From positions 14,563 to 78,562 of the forward strand of contig JAYZEG010000008.1 in assembly GCA_036337435.1 (NCBI GenBank): a stretch of DNA of 64,000 nucleotides. The letters are read 5' to 3'. The position numbers and the translations under genes were made by a program. Under the pieces are notes generated by a model. It made no database searches and was not told the origin of the DNA. It saw only the letters and a program-made list of their open reading frames with translations. The stretch is from Myxococcota bacterium. GTDB taxonomy: Bacteria; Myxococcota_A; Bradymonadia; UBA7976; UBA1532. Below are positions 9,919 to 19,793 of this stretch, one piece after another. The first letter of the stretch is position 1. The number at the start of each line of letters is the position of its first letter.

Positions 9919-11283
9919 TTGAAGCGCGAAAAACTCAACACGAACCATGTGGTCGTTTGGCATCGCACAGACCTGCGATTAGACGACAATTGGACACTGA
10001 CAAAAGCAATCGAACTCGGCATCCCCCTCTGCGCCGTATACATCATAGACCCGTTCTGGCTCGAGTCAGGTCTACAGGGGATTGAACGCTGCGGCTCCAA
10101 ACGTTTTGGGGCACTCTTGGAATCACTCGCAGATTTGGCGGAACAATACCGTGCTGTCGGGCACGACTTAGTTGTCCGTGTGGGCGATACCGTGACTGAA
10201 TTGGCTCGGATTGCAGCCGAGACCAACGCGAGTCACATTTTTTTCACACGCGGCAAAACCACCTATGAGCGGCAGTTCGAAGACCGATTACAAGCTGCAC
10301 TCGGTGATGAGCTGGAACTGGTTGGGCAATGGAATGATGTTTTACTCAACCCGGATGTCGTCGCCGCTAATCCCATGGTCAGTTTAAAAACGTTCTCGAG
10401 ATTCCGAAGGTCGGTCGAGGTCAATCTGAGCCTGCCGAGCCCTAGACCCGCGCCCAAAAAGTTAAATGCGAACCCTCTCGCGAAAACACAGGTACCACAT
10501 CCAAATCAGTTTGGGCTCGAGGAATACTCCATTCACAGTGACTCACCCATCGCCGACCTCGACTTCGGTTCAACTGGGGCATTCAAACAGCTCGAACGAT
10601 ACCTATGGGACTCCGATTCCATTGCTCACTACAAGCAAACCCGAAATGGAATGCTCCAATGGTCTGAGTCGAGTCGGCTATCAGTCTACCTAGCCTTTGG
10701 ATGCATCTCGCCCATTCGACTTTTCCACGAGATCGACCGTTATGAACTAAATCGAACAAAGAACGAAAGCACCTACTGGCTCAAGTTTGAACTCCTGTGG
10801 CGGGAGTATTTTCATCATCTTGCATACAGCGTCGGAGCAAAATTGTTTCAACTCGGTGGAACCCAAGGTGTAAGCCGACGATGGCGAGGCGCTTGCGCCG
10901 ACTTCGACGCCTGGTGCAAGGGTGAGACTGGGATACCATTAATCGATGCCAATATGGTTGAGCTTAACGAGACCGGCTACATGTCAAACCGGGGCCGGCA
11001 AATCGTCGCGAGTTATCTCGCGAAGGAGTTGGGCATCGATTGGCGGCTGGGTGCGGCTTGGTTCGAATGCCAACTCATAGACTATGACCCCTGCGTCAAC
11101 TGGGGCAATTGGCAATATCAGGCTGGCGTCGGTGTCGATGCAAAAGACCGCCGTTTCAATGTCCAACTGCAGGCAAAACGTTACGACGCACGGACGACCT
11201 ACGTGCGACGATGGCTAGGCGAACGCTACACCAACGTAACCAATGAGCAGCTGATCGCACTCAACGCCGCGCCACGGCCCTAG
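9919..11283 (+). CDS. Cryptochrome DASH / photolyase family protein
   Basis: WHRTDLRLDDN, STYWLKFELLWREYF, GYMSNRGRQ, IDYDPCVNWGNWQY: canonical DASH motifs. Confidence 0.93.
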   Translation: MKREKLNTNHVVVWHRTDLRLDDNWTLTKAIELGIPLCAVYIIDPFWLESGLQGIERCGSKRFGALLESLADLAEQYRAVGHDLVVRVGDTVTELARIAAETNASHIFFTRGKTTYERQFEDRLQAALGDELELVGQWNDVLLNPDVVAANPMVSLKTFSRFRRSVEVNLSLPSPRPAPKKLNANPLAKTQVPHPNQFGLEEYSIHSDSPIADLDFGSTGAFKQLERYLWDSDSIAHYKQTRNGMLQWSESSRLSVYLAFGCISPIRLFHEIDRYELNRTKNESTYWLKFELLWREYFHHLAYSVGAKLFQLGGTQGVSRRWRGACADFDAWCKGETGIPLIDANMVELNETGYMSNRGRQIVASYLAKELGIDWRLGAAWFECQLIDYDPCVNWGNWQYQAGVGVDAKDRRFNVQLQAKRYDARTTYVRRWLGERYTNVTNEQLIALNAAPRP

Positions 11284-11822
11284 AGTGTTGTGGAGCCGGC
11301 AGGACGAGGACTGGGCTTTGGGACGCCCTCGATGTCGGCGTCTTCCAAGAAGAGTGGGAAATTATAGGCACCACCTATTTGGGCGTTCTGCCGGAGTGTG
11401 CCTTTAATTGAAATATCGATACCTGGGTGTGCGATTTGGCGCGTCTCGGCGACTAACACGCGTCCTCCCGCCTTGTCACAGAGATGGTACCAATTGGTGC
11501 CCATGATGTCCGGATAGACATTCATGATCCTTGCCTTGACTGAAACGGTGTCGCCATCGCTCTTCGCCAGAAGCTTATCAATATTCATCGCCCCTTGCTC
11601 ACGAACCGGCTTTGTGAAATTCGAGCAGTGAAACGTGGGATGGTGTCCGGATGCAATCCCATTCATAGGTGCAACCTCCATTGTCCGTTGGATTCCATTG
11701 GGCGCCGAAGGAACCAACGAAAGCTCCCGAAGCGACCATCCGATCATGATCCCGGCTACAAGAATGACCATCGGGAGCAGCAAGCGGAGAGCGGGGCGAA
11801 GCAAGGCGTATAGACTCGTCAT
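11280..11822 (-). CDS. Membrane-anchored periplasmic OB-fold-like protein
   Basis: N-terminal TM helix; VSVKARI...IMGTNWYHLCD...ISIKGTL beta pattern; alternative start at 11861. Confidence 0.6.
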   Translation of the reverse strand: MTSLYALLRPALRLLLPMVILVAGIMIGWSLRELSLVPSAPNGIQRTMEVAPMNGIASGHHPTFHCSNFTKPVREQGAMNIDKLLAKSDGDTVSVKARIMNVYPDIMGTNWYHLCDKAGGRVLVAETRQIAHPGIDISIKGTLRQNAQIGGAYNFPLFLEDADIEGVPKPSPRPAGSTTL

Positions 11823-11967
11823 AATGAGACCTCCACCACGGGGATGCAAAGACCGACCCAACAGTCACCGCCCAAAATCGGAATTGATGAAAAACGACCG
11901 ATAGGCTGTGGATTTTGGGACCAAAGAGACCCATCAGAGAGCCGGTGTCGATGCGCGGAAAAGCTGG

Positions 11968-12957
11968 CTAGCCATCGTATTCGTAATGATAAGAAATGCC
12001 CGTTTTGAATTCGCTGGTCTCCTCACCACGATACGCCTTCAAAAACAGACCAAAGCCCATGAGTTGTACGGGCCGATAACGAACGGTCGTATGATACAAA
12101 TGTCCGAATGTAAAAAAGTCATTGGACAGGGCACCGAGCAGTCCGAATTTTTCATCGACATTCGAATACTCCAAGAACAGGACCAAGCCTTTCCAACTCA
12201 ATTGTGCATTGAGGTCATACGCCGGCGTATTTTCTGATAGATTGTACAAATACTCAGCTGCAAACTCCACGGGCATTGAGGCAACAATACGGACCATAGC
12301 TCGGGTCTCGAGGCGAACGTGTAGCTGTTCAGATAGACGAACAAAACCAAGCTCTCCACGTACCGAATCACCGTAGGGTTGGGTCCATTCAAATTCTGCG
12401 TAATTGGCTTGGTCCCACCACTGAAATCCGTTCGGGTCTTGCAAGTGGTCCAATGCCCCACCGACGAGCTCGATGCGACCTTCAGCCCAGGTTCTCAAAA
12501 CAAACCGTGCTCCTCGGATCCAACCATCTCGATCCAAACTGGTCGCCGACACTTTCCCTTTGACTGGAGGGATTACGCCCGCTTGAAGCCAAAACAATGG
12601 CGCCGTCCACTGAAGATAGATTTGACGCATATTAATGGGTTGTTCGAGGGCATCATCTTCAATGCGGTCGTATATGCGGTTCCACTGAGACGTATATTTC
12701 TCCCCTGTCCCCAGGAGCCCCCGAAAGTTTAGGGTTCGCCCGCCATCTAAATTGAGCAGCCCGATGTCATAACGAATGGCAAGTTGATACTGGTAGCGGC
12801 TTCTGAGGGCGTCTCCGGAGTCCGTCTCGAGCCGATGGTCATAACGAACAGGAGCACTCAGCTTGATAGACTCTAACCTGGGCTGGGCAAAACAGAGAGT
12901 GCAACTTAAGCTCGCAAACACCGAAGCCACCAATATGCGTTCAAACCATCCTGTCAC
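11968..12957 (-). CDS. Putative outer-membrane beta-barrel protein
   Basis: Signal peptide, alternating aromatic beta strands, ISYHY near the C-terminus. Confidence 0.65.
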   Translation of the reverse strand: MTGWFERILVASVFASLSCTLCFAQPRLESIKLSAPVRYDHRLETDSGDALRSRYQYQLAIRYDIGLLNLDGGRTLNFRGLLGTGEKYTSQWNRIYDRIEDDALEQPINMRQIYLQWTAPLFWLQAGVIPPVKGKVSATSLDRDGWIRGARFVLRTWAEGRIELVGGALDHLQDPNGFQWWDQANYAEFEWTQPYGDSVRGELGFVRLSEQLHVRLETRAMVRIVASMPVEFAAEYLYNLSENTPAYDLNAQLSWKGLVLFLEYSNVDEKFGLLGALSNDFFTFGHLYHTTVRYRPVQLMGFGLFLKAYRGEETSEFKTGISYHYEYDG

Positions 12958-12988
12958 GTTCGACGCCTCGCTCAGTTATCAAAACACC

Positions 12989-14311
12989 CTATGGCTGATT
13001 TACACCTTGCCCAACGGACAGTATCGCACGTTCGAATGCTGCTCGATAGCTTCGCCCTTGCTTTCTCTCAAAAAGCCTACGGCGGAGGCCTGCGATGGCC
13101 GTCCATGGCTTATGCAAAGCATCGTAATCGGATATCTCGGCCCCCTCGTATGGCTCACGATGCTTCAGCCATTTGCCCCCGGCACGTCGGTAAAGATGAA
13201 GCAAATATCGACTGCCATGTCGAAGCTGAGCATCATTATCTTCGGTACACCCATACTGCCGGAGGAGATCCACGAATTCGGCAAACAGATCCAGTTCCCC
13301 CAATTGCATGGCGTCGTAGTAGTTCTCCCGAATATAGCGATATAACCAAGGCCCATCGTCAACAAAGAGTTTGTGTCGTCCATAGCCCGTTGGGATGTAG
13401 CCAATATGGGTCATCAAATAAGCGCCATCGTAGACGTCGTCCTGATTCATGCCCCCTGCGGCATCGCGCGCCAACGGAACCTGATAGGTCGCTAAATAAC
13501 GCCAGACTTCGCCCACAAACTTTTGGGACCCGACCGGCAGTGTAATAGCGGGTTTCGCCAAAGCATCACTCAGGGTCACGGACCACATAACCCAACCATA
13601 AACCTGGTCATTGGCTGCATCCACCGTTCGGAGGACCATCTGAGGGTCAAAGCCGAGCAGTCCACTGAGTCCGCCACAATCGGCGATCGCCCGATTGGTT
13701 CGCGAGAGCAGTTGAGCTCTCACGGCACCTTTCCTGTTCTCCGGGCCCAAGCGTTTATCGAGTTCCAACGCATAAATGGCCAAGGTCAGGTAATCAGCGG
13801 CATAGATGCAAGTGGCTGGATGAGTTTTTTGGCCCAGATAAGGCCGTGCAATGACCATAAAGTTTTCGTCGGCAATCTTTAAAGCCTGCCCCGCTAAAGG
13901 ATCATCAGGCCGACTGGCATAAGCCGTATTCAGAAATGCTTCAACGGAGTTATCCCACAGCTTTCGTACACGAGATTCATCATCCCCAACCAACTCAGCC
14001 ATTTCCTTGAGGCCCGAATTGATGGCCAAGTCACTCTCCGCCAACTCCGCTCGAGTCCAAGGCAAATCGGACGGCTTAAAGCGAATGTCCTTCGGTGGCC
14101 GCCAAGACGGTTCCATTTGCTTGAAGTCACCTCGACAAACCCCAAGCGTATCGGAGCGCACCTTGATCGAGCTGCACCCTGTAATGATGCACGGGAGTAT
14201 GAAGACCACAGTGGCCAGGCGCCTCACAGAGTCTGAAGCATGGCTCAAACGAGACACAAAGACGGCCCCATACCGTGCTAAAAAATGGAATAACCCTGCG
14301 ACTGGCACCAT
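12989..14311 (-). CDS. Hypothetical lipoprotein, mostly helical
   Basis: IITGC lipobox; AYLMTH, ELDLFAEF and HKPWTA motifs; start uncertain. Confidence 0.7.
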   Translation of the reverse strand: MVPVAGLFHFLARYGAVFVSRLSHASDSVRRLATVVFILPCIITGCSSIKVRSDTLGVCRGDFKQMEPSWRPPKDIRFKPSDLPWTRAELAESDLAINSGLKEMAELVGDDESRVRKLWDNSVEAFLNTAYASRPDDPLAGQALKIADENFMVIARPYLGQKTHPATCIYAADYLTLAIYALELDKRLGPENRKGAVRAQLLSRTNRAIADCGGLSGLLGFDPQMVLRTVDAANDQVYGWVMWSVTLSDALAKPAITLPVGSQKFVGEVWRYLATYQVPLARDAAGGMNQDDVYDGAYLMTHIGYIPTGYGRHKLFVDDGPWLYRYIRENYYDAMQLGELDLFAEFVDLLRQYGCTEDNDAQLRHGSRYLLHLYRRAGGKWLKHREPYEGAEISDYDALHKPWTAIAGLRRRLFERKQGRSYRAAFERAILSVGQGVNQP

Positions 14312-14335
14312 CTCATTTCACCATCGGATGTACGC

Positions 14336-15442
14336 CTAATATCGAAACGGCCAAGCCATAAAATAACGTTTAATTCGAAGCCAAATGCCCAAAATCCCGA
14401 GCGGCTCAAAAACAAGGAAAACACACAGAACCGGGAAGAAAATGAGGGCACCTTGTTGTTCGCCGCTGAAGGTTGCGGGGAAAGGAAACAATTCAGCTAG
14501 CTTTTCAGCCAGTGGAAATAAGACACTCAAAGAAATGGCTCCAAGGACAGCCCCAAAGGTCGTCCCAATTCCACCAAGAACGACCATCGCTAGATACAAA
14601 ACGCTCATGGTCAGGCTAAATGGAGCACCCGTCGAATCAAGAGATATGGTCGGATGAGCGTAGGCGTACATCGCACCTGCAACGCCCGCCAAAAAGGAGG
14701 ATATCCCGAAGGCGATGAACTTGACGCGAGCTGGATTGACGCCGATCACTGCCGCGGTCATATCTCGGTCCCTCACAGCCATCATGGCCCGACCAAGACG
14801 ACTGTGTTGAATCGCCCAACTGAGCCAAACAACAAGGCTGGTGAGGACAAGAAAAAGCCCATAGAGCTTTTGCTTGAATGAAACGCTCATGCCAAACAAT
14901 TCGCTGTCCCCGAAAAAAGAGCCTAAGCCGCTCCTTGCATCGCCTTCGGCAACAAACCACAGGTGCATTGAGGCGACAAAACTATCCTGCTGATAAAGTG
15001 GTTCAATGCCCTGTTTAATCAGGTGCTGGACCAAGAATAAAAGGCCAACAGTCACAATGGCCAAATAGAGCCCCTCCAACCTCAGAGCGAAGGGACCCAC
15101 GGTGAGGCCTATACAGGTCGCCAAGACTCCAGCCGTCGGAATATTCAGCCAGAAAGGCAGGCCATAGATGCTGCCTAGAATTGCAGCCCCATAGGCCCCG
15201 ACCCCAATAAACGCCGCATGACCCAGACTCACCTGGCCTGCAAATCCAGTTAGCACCATCATAGCGACAGAACCAACGATGGCCACCATCGTATCAAGAG
15301 AGATAGACAGCCAATAATCACTCGCCACGAGTGGAAATAGGGCCAACAGACTGTAGATCAGGATGGCCCCCGCTTGTTGCCAACGGTCCGGAAACAGAGC
15401 CAGATCCTGGTGATAATCAACAACCAGTTTACGGGTTGGCAT
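14336..15442 (-). CDS. Branched-chain amino acid type ABC permease (LivM-like)
   Basis: GFAGQVSLGHAAF, ALRLEGLYLAIVT, GRAMMAVRD, VVLGGIGT. Confidence 0.95.
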   Translation of the reverse strand: MPTRKLVVDYHQDLALFPDRWQQAGAILIYSLLALFPLVASDYWLSISLDTMVAIVGSVAMMVLTGFAGQVSLGHAAFIGVGAYGAAILGSIYGLPFWLNIPTAGVLATCIGLTVGPFALRLEGLYLAIVTVGLLFLVQHLIKQGIEPLYQQDSFVASMHLWFVAEGDARSGLGSFFGDSELFGMSVSFKQKLYGLFLVLTSLVVWLSWAIQHSRLGRAMMAVRDRDMTAAVIGVNPARVKFIAFGISSFLAGVAGAMYAYAHPTISLDSTGAPFSLTMSVLYLAMVVLGGIGTTFGAVLGAISLSVLFPLAEKLAELFPFPATFSGEQQGALIFFPVLCVFLVFEPLGILGIWLRIKRYFMAWPFRY

Positions 15443-15451
15443 GGCACATTC

Positions 15452-16405
15452 TCACAATCGTTCTACTTTCCGAGTTCCAAACAGGCCATAAGGTCGAACC
15501 ATCAGGACGACAACCATCACCAAGTAAGGTAAGACCTCATGAAAGTTATTGCCGAAAGAGCCCAACGACTCATTCAGATATGCGCTTGTCAGCACTTCCA
15601 GGACACCAAGAGCAAGCCCAGCCACAACCGCGCCCACTGGTGATTCGAGTCCACCAACGATGACAGCTGGAAACGCCTTGAAGGCTATCAACCCCAGATT
15701 CGGATCAACGCCGATTTCACTGCTTGAGCCGACAAAGACGCCTCCCAAGCCTGCGATCGCCCCTGCGATGAACCAAGTGGCTCGAAAAACACGTCCAACA
15801 GGTATGCCCATCGCGACACAGGCCTCCTGGTCAACCGCAGTGGCACGCATAGCGACTCCGATACGACTGAACTTGAGAAGGCAGTAGAAACCACTGATGG
15901 CGACAGCAGCCGCGATGATTGGTGCCAGGTCATCAAACTTCAAGACAGCCCCACCGAGTTCAAGACCGGACATGGGCGCCCAGGGCGTCGGCACCGGGAT
16001 AGGTTGTGTGCCCCACAAAAGGCTCATTACCGTCCTGAGAAAAACACCAATGAAGAGCGTGATAATGATGGTTACAAAAATGGGACGACCCACCAGCGGG
16101 CGCAGTGCGAGTCTCTCAACCAGAGCTGCCAGAACGCCCGTTGACACGACCGTTAGAGTCAGAGCGACGGCCCAGGGCAAGCCGAAACCAGATAAGACTG
16201 CCCCACCGAGCTGGTTTGAAAGATCACCTTCTATGGGTGGCGAATGAAGGAGGGCCATCAACAACGCACCAAACGCGAGAAACTCTCCATGAGCGAAATT
16301 AAAGACCTTCGACGCTCTGTAGATGACCACAAACCCCAAGGCCACCAGGGCATAGATGGACCCAAGAGCCACACCGCTAACAATGTATTGTACAAAATCC
16401 TGCAT
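15452..16405 (-). CDS. Branched-chain amino acid type ABC permease (LivH-like)
   Basis: GSIYALVALGF, FNFAHGEF, GVAMRATA, AVIVGGL; start set at ATG 16405. Confidence 0.95.
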   Translation of the reverse strand: MQDFVQYIVSGVALGSIYALVALGFVVIYRASKVFNFAHGEFLAFGALLMALLHSPPIEGDLSNQLGGAVLSGFGLPWAVALTLTVVSTGVLAALVERLALRPLVGRPIFVTIIITLFIGVFLRTVMSLLWGTQPIPVPTPWAPMSGLELGGAVLKFDDLAPIIAAAVAISGFYCLLKFSRIGVAMRATAVDQEACVAMGIPVGRVFRATWFIAGAIAGLGGVFVGSSSEIGVDPNLGLIAFKAFPAVIVGGLESPVGAVVAGLALGVLEVLTSAYLNESLGSFGNNFHEVLPYLVMVVVLMVRPYGLFGTRKVERL

Positions 16406-16406
16406 A

Positions 16407-18215
16407 CTAGGGTCCGTACATATCCGTGATGAGTGCTTCAAACTTTTCGCAGACCGCAGCCCGCTTCACTTTCTGAGTTGCTGTCATCTCTCCATCGTCT
16501 TGATGTAACTCCTTGGGCAAAAGGCGAAATGCCCGCACTTGCTCCACCCTCACCAGCGCGTCATTGGCACTCTGTATTTCCGACTTAATCAATTCTGTGA
16601 TCTCGTCTTTGCTGGTGAGGTCTTCGAAGGACGTGAATGGGATCTCGCGTCGAATTGCCCAATCCCCTGCTGCATCTTGGTCAATTTGGACCAAGGCCGA
16701 GATAAATTTACGTTTATCTCCGATTGCAATGGCTTCCTTGATGTACGGACTCATTTTGAGTGCGTTTTCAATTTTCTCTGGCGACAAATTCTTGCCACCA
16801 GCCGTAATGATGATCTCTTTCTTCCGGCCCGTGATGAACACGTAACCCTCTTCATCCATGCGCCCGATATCACCGGTTTTAAGCCACCCATCAGAATCAA
16901 TGGTCGTCGCAGTCGCATCAGCGTTTTTCAAATACCCCGGAAAGATATGTGTCCCCCTCGCAAGGATTTCCCCGTCATCGGCAAATTTTAACTCCGTATT
17001 GGGAATTACCCTGCCGACTGAGCCCAATTTATAAAATCCGGGTAAATTAATGGTGAGTAAGCCACCGGACTCGGTTTGTCCGTAGCCCTCATAGATGCGC
17101 ACACCGATTCCGTGAAACCAAGTCAATAAGTCCTTGGAAATCGGTGCCGCGCCTGAATACGCGAGTTGGCAGCGTCTCAGGCCCATGCGTTCCTGCAGCG
17201 GTCTGAATACCAAAAGGTCACCGCACCACCAAAGAACTCTATCAATGTTAGACACACAGCTGTTGCGACGATTCTCTTCAACCCGCATGCCCACGTTGAC
17301 CGCCCAAGCATACAAGGTCCGCTTTAGCCACGAGGCATCCTTCATCTTGAGCTGTATACTGGCATGCATTTTTTCCCAAATTCTCGGCACACCGAGAAAA
17401 ACCGTCGGCGAGACATCGACCAGGTCTTGCCGAACGGTATCGATGGACTCGCCAAAGTGGACGACTGCTCCTGTTGTCAGCGGCAGAAAATAGGTAAAGA
17501 TCTTCTCTGCAACGTGGCACAGGGGCAAATAAGACAGAAGCGAATCTGAATCGCCCATGCCCATCTGCTCAATGAGCTCGTCAGTGATGGCGAGTGCGTT
17601 GCGTCCGGTCAACAAAGCCCCTTTAGGCGGCCCTGTTGTACCGGAGGTGTAGACCACCATCGCGGCCTCATCAGGCGAGTTTGCTAAGACTGCCCCCCGG
17701 AACCAGTCAACGCGGTCTCTGGCGTCTGAGCACTCACCAAGGAAGTCGAGCCAGGTCATCAAACGCGGATCTTCGATATACCTCAGACCGCGAGGATCGA
17801 ACACGATGATATGGTCTACCTCTAGCTCGGCCCCATCTGCAGCCAGCACCTTGTCGACCTGTTCTTGGTCCTCGCAGAACACGATTCGACTCTGGCTGTG
17901 GGAAAGCACATAAGCCACGTCCTGAGTTGTATTGGTCTGATAAATCCCGACGGAGCGAGCACCCAATCCCTGCGCTGCCAAGTCGGCAAATAACCATTCA
18001 GTTCGATTCTCGCTCAGAATGGCCACATGGTCTCCCCTGGACACATTCAATCTTGATAGCGACAAAGCGGCACGGCTGACCATCTCCAAATAGTCCTGCC
18101 AGCTATATTCTCGCCAAACACCAAGTTCCTTTTCTCGGAGCGCAACCGCTGTCCGCTTTTCATCAGCGAGCGAGAGTAATCGACCCGGCAGGGTCAGCCT
18201 GAGAGCCTCAGTCAC
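16407..18215 (-). CDS. Long-chain fatty acid-CoA ligase (AMP-binding)
   Basis: YTSGTTGPPKG, YLPLCH, EGYGQTE, TGDIG, GRKKEIIITAGGKNLSP. Confidence 0.95.
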   Translation of the reverse strand: MTEALRLTLPGRLLSLADEKRTAVALREKELGVWREYSWQDYLEMVSRAALSLSRLNVSRGDHVAILSENRTEWLFADLAAQGLGARSVGIYQTNTTQDVAYVLSHSQSRIVFCEDQEQVDKVLAADGAELEVDHIIVFDPRGLRYIEDPRLMTWLDFLGECSDARDRVDWFRGAVLANSPDEAAMVVYTSGTTGPPKGALLTGRNALAITDELIEQMGMGDSDSLLSYLPLCHVAEKIFTYFLPLTTGAVVHFGESIDTVRQDLVDVSPTVFLGVPRIWEKMHASIQLKMKDASWLKRTLYAWAVNVGMRVEENRRNSCVSNIDRVLWWCGDLLVFRPLQERMGLRRCQLAYSGAAPISKDLLTWFHGIGVRIYEGYGQTESGGLLTINLPGFYKLGSVGRVIPNTELKFADDGEILARGTHIFPGYLKNADATATTIDSDGWLKTGDIGRMDEEGYVFITGRKKEIIITAGGKNLSPEKIENALKMSPYIKEAIAIGDKRKFISALVQIDQDAAGDWAIRREIPFTSFEDLTSKDEITELIKSEIQSANDALVRVEQVRAFRLLPKELHQDDGEMTATQKVKRAAVCEKFEALITDMYGP

Positions 18216-19012
18216 GGTGACTCCCCCCCCACATCCAGTGTCTGTCCCATGTAGGCTTGTTTGACGGCATCGCTGCGTTTGATTTCCGCCGGTGTCCCTC
18301 TGTCCAATGTCTGACCAAAATCAAGAACAGTGACCTGGTCAGCGAGGTCAAAGATAAAACGAAGATCATGCTCAATCAGGACCTGAGTGACTCCGAGCAC
18401 GTCTTTGATATCCATGATGAAGCGAGCCATATCCTCTGTTTCTTCTTGGTTTAAACCAGCAGCGGGTTCATCCAGCAAGAGAAGTGTCGGTGCCATCGCG
18501 AGAGCTCGCCCTAACTCGACACGCTTAAGTATTCCGTAGGGCAAGATGCTGATAGGCATCATTCGATAGGGCTCAAGGGCTAAAAACTCGATTATCTCTT
18601 CGACCGACCGTCGATGCGCAACCTCGTGTCGGCGCATGGTGGGCGTCCTAAAGAGGTCATGGAAGAAATTCGTCGTATACAAATGAGTGCGACCAAGCAT
18701 CAAATTATCGAGCACGGTCATATGCTCGAACAGAAGCAAATTCTGAAACATTCGCGCAATACCGAGACGCGCAATTTCATCGGGTCGGCGCCCAACCAAA
18801 GACTGCCCCGCAAAACGAATTGTGCCCTTTTGCGGTCGGTATGAACCAGACACGCAATTAAAAAGCGATGTTTTGCCGGCACCATTCGGACCTATAATCG
18901 CGTGGATACTCCCTTGATTGACGTCAAGACTCACACCGTTTAGAGCGCGGACTCCAGCGAAACTCAGTTCGACACCCTCAAATTGAAGGATTGCGCTTGT
19001 CATGAAAGCCAC
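18212..19012 (-). CDS. ABC transporter ATP-binding protein (LivG-like)
   Basis: GPNGAGKT Walker A, LLLLDEPAAGLN, IEHD. Confidence 0.95.
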   Translation of the reverse strand: MAFMTSAILQFEGVELSFAGVRALNGVSLDVNQGSIHAIIGPNGAGKTSLFNCVSGSYRPQKGTIRFAGQSLVGRRPDEIARLGIARMFQNLLLFEHMTVLDNLMLGRTHLYTTNFFHDLFRTPTMRRHEVAHRRSVEEIIEFLALEPYRMMPISILPYGILKRVELGRALAMAPTLLLLDEPAAGLNQEETEDMARFIMDIKDVLGVTQVLIEHDLRFIFDLADQVTVLDFGQTLDRGTPAEIKRSDAVKQAYMGQTLDVGGESP

Positions 19013-19788
19013 CGTTTTCGGCGCCGATAACGCTTCACGTCTCGATAATTCGCTGTTGAATCGGAACCGACCCCCAGATAGAACTCTTGGACATCGGAGT
19101 CGTTTTTGAGTTCTGCAGCTGTGCCGTCGAGCACAACGCGCCCATGTTCCAGAAGGTAGCCCCGGTCGGCTAACTCCAATGCGACATGCGCGTTCTGCTC
19201 GACGACCAGAATCGAGACACCCTCTTCATCTCTAATGGTTCGAATAAGGCCTGCCACCTCAGCAACGATTTTTGGAGCCAATCCCAGAGACGGCTCGTCG
19301 AGCAGAAGCAACTTAGGCCGTGACATCAGAGCGCGCGCGATCGCTAACATTTGCTGTTCGCCGCCCGACAAGTAACCGGCCGGTTGATGCCGGCGTTCGG
19401 CGAGGATAGGAAATTTTGTGTAGTACCGTTCTAAGTCTTTTCTAATAAACTCACGTGTACTGGAGTACGCTCCCGCAACCAAGTTGTCTTCGACCGAGAG
19501 CTCTGCCAAGATCCGCCGGCCCTCCATCACCTGCGCAACGCCTCCACCGACAATCCTTTCAGCACTTTGGGCCGCGATCGATGCCCCCTGCAAGCGGACT
19601 TGCCCCTTTGTGATGCGACCTTCATGGAGCGGCAATAACCCGGTCACCGCTCTGAGCGTCGTTGTTTTACCCGCGCCATTGGGGCCGAGTAAAGCAACGA
19701 TCTCGCCGTCACCCACGGAAAGACTGACGCCGTGTAACACCCGTACGACCGAGTGATACACAACCTCAAGATTTAAAATGTCCAGCAC
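19000..19788 (-). CDS. ABC transporter ATP-binding protein (LivF-like)
   Basis: GPNGAGKTT, LSGGEQQM, LLDEPSLGLAP, VEQN. Confidence 0.95.
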   Translation of the reverse strand: MLDILNLEVVYHSVVRVLHGVSLSVGDGEIVALLGPNGAGKTTTLRAVTGLLPLHEGRITKGQVRLQGASIAAQSAERIVGGGVAQVMEGRRILAELSVEDNLVAGAYSSTREFIRKDLERYYTKFPILAERRHQPAGYLSGGEQQMLAIARALMSRPKLLLLDEPSLGLAPKIVAEVAGLIRTIRDEEGVSILVVEQNAHVALELADRGYLLEHGRVVLDGTAAELKNDSDVQEFYLGVGSDSTANYRDVKRYRRRKRWLS

Positions 19789-19793
19789 AGATG

